A stretch of DNA of 64,000 bases, taken from positions 1,178,001-1,242,000 of the forward strand of contig NC_088308.1 in assembly GCF_910592395.1 (NCBI RefSeq), written 5' to 3'. The stretch comes from Lineus longissimus (taxonomy: Eukaryota). Within the stretch, counting starts at the first letter, position 1, and every line of letters starts with the position of its first letter. Of this stretch, positions 39,746-51,177 are shown piece after piece. The notes under the pieces were generated by a model. It was not told where the DNA came from and did no database searches. It saw only the letters and a program-made list of their open reading frames with translations. A program made the translations under genes and the position numbers.

Positions 39746-41601
39746 GTTTGAGAATATATTCCCTCACTCAAGTAGCTCCTTATTGGCAAAGTTCTGATGT
39801 TGTGGACATCCCCTTTCTGTCGACCCTCGTCATTCGAGTCAACCTTCGTGCAAGGTAGCTTAAAAAGAACCTCCTTAAATTGCCTCGTACGAACGTTTCA
39901 GCCAGATTACTTACAATAGCCCCTTACAAACTTTACCATTACACCAGATTTGTCACATTTAAGACGGTTTACCAGCGAACATCCACGTAGGCCTACCTAG
40001 CTATCGGCCTACCAAATGACCACGGTGGTGCTAAAGGGCCTTGTGACAATGTCGATCAATGGCACTCGTTTTTGTTTAACGTTGTTGGCCTAACTTGTTT
40101 AAATGAGAACTATAATACTAACTCTACTGTTGGAAAAAAAACGTGCAAGGCGCCCTGGTTGTTCAAAACTAATTTTGTCACTAACGCTGGTGTTCTTCGG
40201 TTAAGCCCTCAGACTTGATGCCAAGTTAACGAATTCGATCCAGATCACGGGCAAACCGGCCATGATGTCGATGCACTCCGGCGCAGCGATATCATGGATA
40301 GTGTGTGATGATGTTGAATACCACTGTTATGAAAACCTTCATCTCCGGAGTCATGAGTCAAGAGGCGCCATGGGTTTACAAGGTCGGTGAACAATTCTAT
40401 ATCAATTGTCTGGAATTAGCCTATAGGGCAAGCCGCACTCAGCAGATGGCGATGCGAAACAGAGATGTTGGCATCAGACACTTCGTATTGCCCTGTACAG
40501 AGGCTAGGCATACATCAATCTTGACACTAGAGGCGCTGATTTCGTTCCTTACAACGCCTCTCGAACTGGTGAATTGCCACCATCTTGAAAAGCAGTACCG
40601 CGGATGTGGAAATGTAAAGAATCTTTACAATTGCAAAGAGGCTATCGCATCACCACTACGCCCGAGAACACGATGGCTGCACTACGCTGCATTGATAGTT
40701 TGCAATAAATTCACGTAAAAACACACCAGAACATCTCGGGTTTTATTTACAAAGATCATATTTTGTTATTTATTTATAAAACAAGCCATTTTATGAAAGA
40801 AGGTGGCACTTACTAGGCCTGGATAAGACTTTGGAGTTTGAAGTGGTGGTGACGCAGTGTTGAAAACACCTGAATCTCAGGATGCCGATATCCAAGATGG
40901 CGGAATTTTACCAATTCCAGTGTCTGAAATTGAATTTTAATTTCGGCACTGTGCGAGTTTGGGCATACATATGCACTGTGTTTCAGCCAAGAAAAATTAT
41001 GTCGAGGTTTTTCACAGAAATTAACACATAGTTTTGATACTTTCCTTGACATGTTATTTTCGACCGTTGAGAGTTTTGCAAACAAAATCAAAGCATAGAA
41101 TATCCTGGTATTTGTATTAGTTTATTTGAAATTGCTACTGACAGTATATATATATTTCGGAAATAACGGTAAAACCATTATTTGATCAATGTCATGTCTT
41201 ATCATTTTTGATATTTTAACAGCCTGGTTGGTAAAACTTCTTTTAGACGATCGGTGCTTTTCAACCCGAGGGACGGGATCTTCAGATCGGACTGCTTTAG
41301 CTGCTTTTGTCATCCGTTTTGTCCTTGTAGTGCGGGCATGACCTTGGCATTACATATTTTCTTTACTGAAGTGGCCCTAGAGAAATATATCATTTAGTGT
41401 CATTATGATCTTACTTATAGCTGATGCACGATTGAATAGTAATCATGATAGCACATTGTGCGTGTATATTTACTTGATTTGAGACTTATTATGTGTCGCC
41501 AACCGCCAGAATTATGTCAATTTAGCTTTGTGCTATATCATGTTACATGTATAATTTTATGCTCGTCTAAAAATGACTACTTACAAACAATATATAATAG
41601 C

Positions 41602-44476
41602 CTACAATTTAAATCGATTCCTACCCTTCTCATCTTTCTTGCATCGTAGTATGTGGCTGGTACAGGTCGTGCATGGCATGATTCTCAGCGCCATTTGTGC
41701 TTTATGATCCTTACCATGGATCGAGGGTAACTCTTGGCACAAGATGCACACTGCACTGACGTACGTTGATGCTTCGCATCTAGAGGCATTCAAGCAAATG
41801 GAAGCACAGCCCGCCGCGCTCGATGCTGACGTCAACCGACAGTTTGATGCCATGTCCGAGAGCCTTGCATTCTTCACCTCCTCCACCTGATATGACTTGC
41901 ATTTTTTCCCTAAGAATTGTAATGGAAATATCACTAGAGTGGCATGACCTGCCTGATCTGCCGGCCATCGAGGTAGAGGCTATTTTCATTATCCACGACA
42001 GAATTGTGTCGTGGACACGATCTTCGCCTCGGAATGAACTTTATACGGTGAGCATACGGTATCGGTGTAACGTTTCTGTGTACTGTTTGGGAACTCCGAG
42101 CAACGGGCGGCGACATGGTTACCAATTAAGGCGCATGTTACCGAGGTGAAATTACTGGTTTGGTATTAAAGCTAGCGAAGATTCTCCGTCCAAGGAACGA
42201 CGGTTCGGCATGTTGGCATAGCTGTTGGTATTATGGAAGATAGCCGTTTCCAAGAATGACATAGGGGCCTTCATGAGAACCAGAATAGAGAAAAGTATTA
42301 AACGACAACTCGACATCACGCATGCACCGAACACGTGCCAAGAATTATATGATTTTCCATACCTTCAAGGTTCAAGCGGTTTTTCTTGTCCATGGCATTC
42401 TTTTTCTCTGTATAAAAATGAGAGAAAACAGCAATGTCATTCCGTATCACGATATTTAAACAATCATATTTGCATTAAAGTTGGAAAGCAGCGATGTTAT
42501 TTGTAATTGATAATGAATAAGTTTTGGAAGTGACTATTTGGCAAGCCCGGCTTACCAAACAGCGCCTTTTTTCTGCCCTAGATGGAGAGCCGAACTCATG
42601 CATATTCAACTCGCCAAAGAGGGTAGTATTTTTGCCCTGTTTGGCAAGCCCGGCTTGCCGAACAGAGTTGATTTTTAGTGCTGTTTGGCAAGCGGCTCTC
42701 CAAGCAGGGCAAAAAAAGATGCCTGTTCGGCGAGCCGCTTGCCAAATAGACCCGGCCATAAGTTTTAGTCATATACAGTAACTATTCAATTTGGCTAACG
42801 TTTTGACTTACGTTTACTTAGTTTGCACGCTCTCGTCCTTGACAATCGTCTTACATACCATGCAGTTAGCTTGACCTGCTCTGTTATTTCTGAAAATAAT
42901 GCATGTTGTATACATGTAATAGCCAAAGTGTAGCTCTTTCGAGACGATCGGATCGACGAACCTTGGAGTAACCTTTGGTTATTACTTTTAGCACGAACTT
43001 ACCGGGTAGAATCTGGTTTAGTTTTTCAATAAATAATTTAGACACGAGATTTCATATTTCAGAGAAAACTATTTTATTTGGCTAAGCGCGTTACCAACTA
43101 AAAATGTAAGGCGTCACTTCTATATTAATTGAACCTTACTTTCATATGCATGTATTATGTACATATGACTTTGATCGTTGACGAATTATTCTGACCTCTG
43201 ACAGAAATTCGTCCAAGTCTGATTCTATACGAGGCAGTATAGTAAAAGGATTTAACATTCTGTGTACATGTAGGAATTTCATCAACACGACAGAGGCGAC
43301 ATGTACTTGTACAAACTATGTAGGCATTGACCTTGGTGAAACAGATGACTTACTTCGCCACATTTCATGACATCGAATGCCATTCACTTTCTTGACCTTG
43401 CGGCTCCTCTCATTTTTCTGTCCTATTTTTCGTTTCCCTCTCATTCTACCCTTCCTATGATATTACCTTCCTTTCCGGCCCTTCAATTTCTTCTTACCAT
43501 CTGGAACAATGACGGAAAAAATGGTCTGGACAGATTTTATGGTGACCAGTCGAACCTTCTATACTCTACAAAGAAGGGGTTTGTGTTTCTGAAAAACCTT
43601 TTAGGGTCTTTTAGCAAACATAAATATGCACCCCCTACAGAGGTGTTTTAGAGCAATGGGAAAGACCTCAAAGGTGCATACATGTATTTGTGTTGGTTGA
43701 AAAGTCATGAATAAAGGTTTTTGAGAAGTTCAAAAAAGGTCAAGGTTATTCAAAAAGATCAAGGACATTCGAAAAGGTCAAGGCCATTCGGAAATGCTTC
43801 ATTCTTTTAATTTTAATTTTTACGATCAATTCAAGTGATGCACATGAATGTACGTTGCCCAAAAACCAGATATTCTTCAATGTAGAAAACATCCTCCGTC
43901 TTCCATGTCAGCCAAAAACTACTTCGGAACCCTTCACTGTATAGCCTGACCACCAACTGCCAACCTGCCATTTTAGATTTTCCCGGTAAATTGTATCCTA
44001 CCTTTCCTGTTTCCTTTCCCCGGGGATCGCTTGCATCGGCCATTCAGCATCTTCTTCGCTCTCCCTTCCAATATCTTCCCTCTCCTTTCCTTCTCCTCTG
44101 AAAAGCATTTAGATCGGTTCATTTAAAGTTGATAACCACGCTAAAGTTCGTTGCTGAGAATCACGAAGAAGTCACAAAGGTCTCCCGCGTGCAGTTGGTA
44201 GGTAGATGTCAAACGTGCTGAAAATTCATATACAAGCACCCATATCTTCTGTATTTGAAATTATAGTATGCAGCAACATCCTTCCAGTGTCAATCATGGC
44301 TGCCGTTAGTGAAGAAACTACGTGATCCAGTGATTCGGATTCTCGGTGAGCGGTCAGGCTCACAGTCGGGATTCTCCAGGACAGAGCTTTTTGTCGAAAA
44401 AGCCTTACCTAACCTGGTCCGGTGTTTGATATATGTATTAAATTGCGTTCTGGTCACAAATGCGCAGGTTTTAGCA
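41602..44476 (-). pseudogene. Decayed 3' exons of the secreted gene starting at 51177: basic linker, a further Cys-helical repeat, and PAN/apple-like exons
   Basis: Phase-1 exons with good splice sites: 44097-44002 (open, basic), 43500-43354 (one in-frame TAA), 42889-42812 (open) and 42407-42363 (open). A disrupted PAN-like segment follows (~42270-41950; TCALIGNHVAARCSEF), then a terminal PAN-like exon 41909-41602 (SAAGCASICLNASRCEASTY..VCIL). Exon 44493-44409 has three stops and a length not divisible by 3. Linkage of the PAN exons to the same gene is inferred. Confidence 0.6.
42534..42749. mobile_element. MITE-like element with ~60-bp imperfect terminal inverted repeats
   Basis: CTATTTGGCAAGC.. 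at the left end and ..GCTTGCCAAATAG at the right, with internal TTTGGCAAGC(CC)GGCTTGCC repeats. No TSD identified. Confidence 0.7.
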
Positions 44477-47400
44477 CTAACTGAGCAGCTCATCTGAACC
44501 GAAAATCGTCAGTGATAATCTCTACCATGTCATGAACCAAAAGCCTTTATTTTGAGAATGACTCTTCAGAATGAACAGCTTTTGAATTACTGTCGAGACT
44601 TATCTGAGAGAAACACTCTCCAATTACGAACACTGGACTCGTTTCTGGGCGTGGCGAGGTCAATTTACTCACTCAGTTGGCGGCATCTTGCGGTCTGACG
44701 CACTGTAGTGTAAGAAATAGATCATTCAAAGAATATAACCAAACCAAACTGTGCAAATGCCGATAGGCCTAAATCGGCACGCCTGTGAAACTCGAGGAGG
44801 GCCATTGCTTGACCCCAGTACATGTACATGTACATGCTATTCTCGTAAAGAAGCCAAAATTCAAGCAGGTTCTGAAGATTGGAGAGTAATTTACAATGTT
44901 AGTGGCATTCAAATCACCTTGTATTTGATAATGTACTGGCTAATATACTACTACTTAATTGATGGCGTCAGGAAAACTGACTTTTCTTAATAAGTTTCGT
45001 TCGACATCATATCCATTGATTTCTGTTATTCACGAGGTTGTTACCTTGCAAAGCGAGTTTCACCTTCTTTAGCTCTACAAAATAAAAGAAAAATTCGGTG
45101 AAATGTGGTTTACTAACGATGAATACTGGTAAGAATGTTGTTCAGAAAATGTAACCATTGCTGGGCACTACCAGAAGAAACGAAGTAAAAAGAAATTTGG
45201 TGAAATTCCTGAGGCTGTCTTCGCCGCAATAGTAGACAAAATATAGTAATACAGTGGAACCCCGGTAACACGACCACTCATGGGACCGAAGTCAAATGGT
45301 CGCGTTAGGTTCAAAATTCTTAAAAATTTTCAAAGCCAAAATTTTTGGGGGGCTGATGATGTTTCTTCGTTTTGAGCAGAAAAAAAACCAGTGAAAAAAT
45401 ATTTGGTCGCGTTACCGGGGTTCCACTGTGTACACGTACGTGTATTGGAGCTTTTCCTTCTTACCTTTCTTCATCTCCACGCATTTCTTTGACAATTTCT
45501 GCTCAGCCGAAGTAAGATTTGTCGTCTTCTTCAATTTCTTGCCTGTAACACAATAATCAATGGTATTACCTGATACAATAACTACATGTACATGTAGAAC
45601 ATACGGTGGCCCATTAGGGACATCATGTTTTTTTTTAGATTCAAATACGATTTTTTTTTCTCGAATTTTCTCCACGGAATTAAGTATTTTCTCCGCGGAA
45701 ATAACATTTATCTCCACGGAAATAACATTTATCTCCACGGAAATAAATACTTTTCTCCACGGAATTAAGTATTTTCTCCGCGGAAATAACATTTATCTCC
45801 ACGGAAATAACATTTATCTCCACGGAAATAAATACTTTTCTCCACGGAAATAAATACTTTTCTCCACGGAATTAAGTATTTTCTCCGCGGAAATAACATT
45901 TATCTCCACGGAAATAAATACTTTTCTCCACGGAATTAAGTATTTTCTCCGCGGAAATAACATTTATCTCCACGGAAATAACATTTATCTCCACGGAAAT
46001 AAATACTTTTCTCCACGGAATTAAGTATTTTCTCCGCGGAAATAACATTTATCTCCACGGAAATAACATTTATCTCCACGGAAATAAATACTTTTCTCCA
46101 CGGAAATAAATACTTTTCTCCACGGAATTAAGTATTTTCTCCGCGGAAATAACATTTATCTCCACGGAAATAAATACTTTTCTCCACGGAATTAAGTATT
46201 TTCTCCGCGGAAATAACATTTATCTCCACGGAAATAACATTTATCTCCACGGAAATAAATACTTTTCTCCACGGAATTAAGTATTTTCTCCGCGGAAATA
46301 ACATTTATCTCCACGGAAATAACATTTATCTCCACGGAAATAAATACTTTTCTCCACGGAAATAAATACTTTTCTCCACGGAATTAAGTATTTTCTCCGC
46401 GGAAATAACATTTATCTCCACGGAAATAAATACTTTTCTCCACGGAATTAAGTATTTTCTCCGCGGAAATAAATAATTGATTCCGCTGATATGATTGGTC
46501 CTGCATTTTAGAGGACGAGGTCAAGGTGAAACTATTAACCCTTAAACCCCAACCTTGCGGTAGGCTCGGGAACCAAGCTGTACAGGCGCTGCCCGCTGGA
46601 ACACGAGGCCGCTTGTCAATCCCGTTTGACATTGTCAGATCTGACTATACGTGTATAGTGTTGGCATGAAGACTGTGGAAGATGTAAGTAACACGATGAT
46701 TGTCAGATTTGATACGTTTTGAATCATAAAAATGCAGTTGGTAGCATCTTTGTAGAGTGGCCTAGTATCAGTGAAGAAAACGGTACGTGGAGACCCACTG
46801 CCGATGTTATGTATAGCTAGCTATCGCGCGCAGTAGCTAGCTATACATAACATCGGCAGTGGGTCTCCACGTACCGTTTTCTTCACTGATACTAGGCCAC
46901 TCTACAAAGATGCTACCAACTGCATTTTTATGATTCAAAACGTATCAAATCTGACAATCATCGTGTTACTTACATCTTCCACAGTCTTCATGCCAACACT
47001 ATACACGTATAGTCAGATCTGACAATGTCAAACGGGATTGACAAGCGGCCTCGTGTTCCAGCGGGCAGCGCCTGTACAGCTTGGTTCCCGAGCCTACCGC
47101 AAGGTTGGGGTTTAAGGGTTAATAGTTTCACCTTGACCTCGTCCTCTAAAATGCAGGACCAATCATATCAGCGGAATCAATTATTTATTTCCGCGGAGAA
47201 AATACTTAATTCCGTGGAGAAAAGTATTTATTTCCGTGGAGATAAATGTTATTTCCGCGGAGAAAATACTTAATTCCGTGGAGAAAAGTATTTATTTCCG
47301 TGGAGAAAAGTATTTATTTCCGTGGAGATAAATGTTATTTCCGTGGAGATAAATGTTATTTCCGCGGAGAAAATACTTAATTCCGTGGAGAAAAGTATTT

Positions 47401-50400
47401 ATTTCCGTGGAGATAAATGTTATTTCCGCGGAGAAAATACTTAATTCCGTGGAGAAAAGTATTTATTTCCGTGGAGAAAAGTATTTATTTCCGTGGAGAT
47501 AAATGTTATTTCCGTGGAGATAAATGTTATTTCCGCGGAGAAAATACTTAATTCCGTGGAGAAAAGTATTTATTTCCGTGGAGAAAAGTATTTATTTCCG
47601 TGGAGATAAATGTTATTTCCGTGGAGATAAATGTTATTTCCGCGGAGAAAATACTTAATTCCGTGGAGAAAAGTATTTATTTCCGTGGAGAAAAGTATTT
47701 ATTTCCGTGGAGATAAATGTTATTTCCGCGGAGAAAATACTTAATTCCGTGGAGAAAAGTATTTATTTCCGTGGAGAAAAGTATTTATTTCCGTGGAGAT
47801 AAATGTTATTTCCGTGGAGATAAATGTTATTTCCGCGGAGAAAATACTTAATTCCGTGGAGAAAAGTATTTATTTCCGTGGAGAAAAGTATTTATTTCCG
47901 TGGAGATAAATGTTATTTCCGCGGAGAAAATACTTAATTCCGTGGAGAAAAGTATTTATTTCCGTGGAGAAAAGTATTTATTTCCGTGGAGATAAATGTT
48001 ATTTCCGTGGAGATAAATGTTATTTCCGCGGAGAAAATACTTAATTCCGTGGAGAAAATTCGAGAAAAAAAAATCGTATTTGAATCTAAAAAAAAACATG
48101 ATGTCCCTAATGGGCCACCGTAAGAACATGTACATGTACGCTGGTTATATTCTGTGATACTAAAAGCTCGGGTTTCATTTCCTGTTAAGAAGTATTCGGG
48201 GGCAAGGCAGCCTCGGCAACTCCCGGCGAGGCCATGGATTTAGTGAAGGTACGACCCCAAACCACTCCCTGTGAAGCCATGGATTTAGTGAAGGTACGAC
48301 CCCAAACCACTCCCTGTGAAGCCATGGATTTAGTGAAGGTACGACCTCAAACCACTCCCTGTGAAGCCATGGATTTAGTAAAGGTACGACCTCAAACCAC
48401 TCCCGGTGAGGCCATGTATTTAGTGAAGGTACGACCTCAAACCACTCCCTGTGAAGCCATGGATTTAGTGAAGGTACGACCTCAAACCACTCCCTGTGAA
48501 GCCATGGATTTAGTGAAGGTACAACCTCAAACCACTCCCTGTGAGGCCATGGATTTAGTGAAGGTACGACCCCAAACCACTCCCTGTGAAGCCATGGATT
48601 TAGTGAAGGTACAACCTCAAACCACTCCCTGTGAAGCCATGGATTTAGTGAAGGTACGACCTCAAACCACTCCCGGTGAGGCCATGGATTTAGTGAAGGT
48701 ACGACCCCAAACCACTCCCTGTGAAGCCATGGATTTAGTGAAGGTACGACCCCAAACCACTCCCTGTGAGGCCATGGATTTAGTGAAGGTACGACCTCAA
48801 ACCACTCCCTGTGCGGGTTTCGTGACTCATCACCGGCAAAAGTGGACCATTAATTGGATTATTACCAACCAAGCTGTCGGCTCCCAGGTCACTTTCCACT
48901 CTACCATATATATATAATTCCAAACATCAAATTGCAAATCATCGCGCTTCCGATTGGACCCAAGTGAGCCCCTTCATGTAGTGATCTTCCCTTGTGAGGG
49001 TCGATGAATTGGCGACGCGCTGCGCAAATGTGGTCAGTCAATAGTATCCTATTACATTTAGAACCGATGTATTGTTTTACGAACTATTTCACGCTTCGTC
49101 CAATATTTGTATCATGTAGGCTTACCGAGTTCTTTACATTTCTTCTTCAGTGCAGACAAAGCTGGAGGTAGGAACAAAGACAAGTCAGTCCTGATCGCCC
49201 CTCAAAATACGAACAAAGTCATGGGTAATTTGAAATGATAATGACTGACGGAAAGTAAACGTTTTTTGGCAGTACAAAAATTGTAATCGAAAAGGTTAAC
49301 AATTATTTAACGATTAATTCTTCAACGTTATGATCTCGCACTACTGATACTAATTATATGGATGTGTTCTTTGATAGCATAATGGCTGTCGCCATAAGGT
49401 ACATAGCCCATGGATAAGAACAGCGAAGACATTACCAAGATGAGACTGACCGTATTTACCGTTACCCCATTTAAGAACCGTGGGGCAAACCTCATCCAAT
49501 TTGTCCATTTCTTCCTCACTGAGATTCTGCCCATTGTCATCTTTTGCTATGAAAACAAGTTTTGCATGTAATAACTAAGATACTGGGGGAAGTATACCCT
49601 ATCCCAGAACAATAAAGGCAAAATTTATGGGCAGACTCAACGTGCATAATCTGATCAACGATACGACGGAGGTGGCTCTACATCAGTGACGATACCTAGC
49701 ATATACTTGTAGCGGGCAAAGAGTAGACTATCAGATGTCTCATGAAGGGAACGCTGCTGTCGTTTGTTCTGCAACATGGCTGGACTTGTCATCCTACCCC
49801 TTGGCTGGATGAGGCACCAAACGCAAACCATCTGACGATTGTGAACTATAAAGTAGCTGCTAGACTTGTGAAAGGTCATGGAGATGCACCGTTATCGTTG
49901 CCCTGATCCAAATGCATGATCGAGATGCCTAATTGTCACCGCACATAAGATATGAGAAATTTAAACTCGATGAGTTAGATTTCAGAACTTGCAGTCTGGG
50001 TAAATGATTTAGAGCTATCGACATTTACAAGGAAAGACACCCTCTCAACCAAACGACCCAACCTCGAAGTTACCTTTTAATTCGTTACACTTTCTATAAT
50101 CTGCAATAGAATGATATTACCACAGTTTGATTAAAATGGTTAAGATGTGGAGTGAAAACAAGTAAGCGTTTCTACTTTTGATAATGTACATTTACTAATC
50201 TTTATCGAGATGGTTGTTCTTTCAGTATGTGGATGTACTCAACCTTCGATAATTCATTAGCATATTGACTGATGAACAAAGTTAATCCTGAACACAACTA
50301 GCAACGCCTCCTCTATAGGGGAATGTTTGATATAAGACACTGGTAGTGTCTTATAGACAGTGGTAGTGTGACACTGGTAGTGTGTAGAGTGACACTGTGT

Positions 50401-51177
50401 ACTGTGACACTGGTAGTGTGACTGGTAGTATAGACACTGGTAGTGTCTTATAGACAGTGGTAGTGTGACAGTGGTAGTGTGTAGAGTGACACTGTGTAGT
50501 GTGACGCTGGTAGTGTGACTGGTAGTATAGACACTGGTAGTGTCTTATAGACAGTGGTAGTGTGACAGTGGTAGTGTGTAGAGTGACACTGTGTGGTGTG
50601 ACACTGGTAGTGTGACTGGTAGTATAGACACTGGTAGTGTCTTATAGACAGTGGTAGTGTGACACTGGTAGTGAGTAGAGTGACACTGTGTACTGTGACA
50701 CTGGTAGTGTGACTGGTAGTATAGACACTGGTAGTGTGTCTTTTAAAAAAACTTATGCTTACTTCCCCATGTCTTTTTATTTGCCTTTCCCTGTACGTAA
50801 GCAGCAAGCACTGTAATAAAAACACAATTAAGGGGTTAATTCGACAGTGTTTGCCAATCCGCTTTTATCACCGACAACAGATTTTCATATTTCAGATCAC
50901 AATGCCGAATTTGCGAAATCACCCAAAATGGAACCGGTGTAGAAATCACATTGGAGAAAGTACGTGTAGCCGAGGACGTGTTGGATGCCTTTAAATGCTC
51001 GAGATACCAATTTAAAAAGTGTATAAGTTATATCTAAAGCGAAAAAAATGAATTGAATACCTAGACGAATTAGTGAAGGGTAGGAACCAGTTTTGTTTCT
51101 AAAGGCCCGTCTCTATAATGAATGTTTACATACTTACTGCATGTGGCAATGCCAAGAAGGAGAAGACACGTCTTCAT
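44477..51177 (-). CDS. Secreted Lys-rich Cys-helical repeat protein, ~130 aa to the first stop (truncated gene or 5' part of a pseudogene)
   Basis: All-phase-1 GT-AG exons 51177-51138, 50810-50763, 50100-50074, 49546-49460, 49161-49126, 45542-45465, 45074-45045, 44702-44673 and 44493-44477. They give MKTCLLLLGIATCMLAAYVQG/KANKKTWGNYRKCNELKAKDDNGQNLSEEEMDKLDEVCPTVLKWGNALSALKKKCKELGKKLKKTTNLTSAEQKLSKKCVEMKKELKKVKLALQVRQTARCRQLNELLS*. Confidence 0.7.
45252..45428. mobile_element. Tc1/mariner-pogo-type MITE
   Basis: 24-bp TIR CAGTGGAACCCCGGTAAC(A/G)CGACC, preceded by TA and followed by TG (probably a mutated TA TSD). Confidence 0.85.
45670..46475 (+). repeat. Left subterminal array of 21-22-bp units with core CTCC(A/G)CGGAA, 38 units
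   Basis: Four unit variants, read directly from the sequence. Confidence 0.95.
47182..48054 (-). repeat. Right subterminal array, an inverted version of the left array, 41 units
   Basis: The same four variants on the opposite strand, in a different order. Confidence 0.95.
48231..48813. repeat. 45-bp minisatellite, ~13 copies
   Basis: Unit GCCATGGATTTAGTGAAGGTACGACC(T/C)CAAACCACTCCCTGTGA(A/G). Confidence 0.95.
50335..50738. repeat. 97-bp higher-order tandem repeat (4 copies plus a partial) built from GACACTGGTAGTGT-like subunits
   Basis: Units start at 50335, 50432, 50529, 50626 and 50723. Confidence 0.9.

Larger units (their letters stand above)
45602..48122. mobile_element. 2521-bp palindromic (foldback) non-autonomous DNA transposon with TAC...GTA termini and a 6-bp TSD (IS3EU-like signature)
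   Basis: Ends TACGGTGGCCCATTAGGGACATCATG / CATGATGTCCCTAATGGGCCACCGTA. AGAACA is duplicated at 45596-45601 and 48123-48128. Arms 45602-46823 and 46834-48122 surround a 10-nt spacer. No transposase ORF. Confidence 0.92.

Noticed and set aside
45670..46475. CRISPR-like array
   Set aside because: No unique spacers, no cas genes and a eukaryotic context; the same applies to the 23-, 45- and 97-bp repeats.
46384..47273. Two identical 82-aa ORFs on opposite strands
   Set aside because: They are a by-product of the inverted duplication, run into the repeat array and show no recognisable domain.
45602..48122. Palindrome as a read fold-back or assembly artefact
   Set aside because: The flanks are different unique sequences with a 6-bp direct duplication, the arrays differ between arms, and the host exon chain continues across it. 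Read-level confirmation is still advisable.
48234..48917. 227-aa repeat ORF as an annotated gene
   Set aside because: It is open only because the 45-bp unit has no stop in that frame; no supporting gene structure.
50074..50810. Resemblance of TWGNYRKC to ribbon-worm helical neurotoxin N-termini
   Set aside because: Only a few residues match from memory, the Cys spacing differs and the taxon is unknown.
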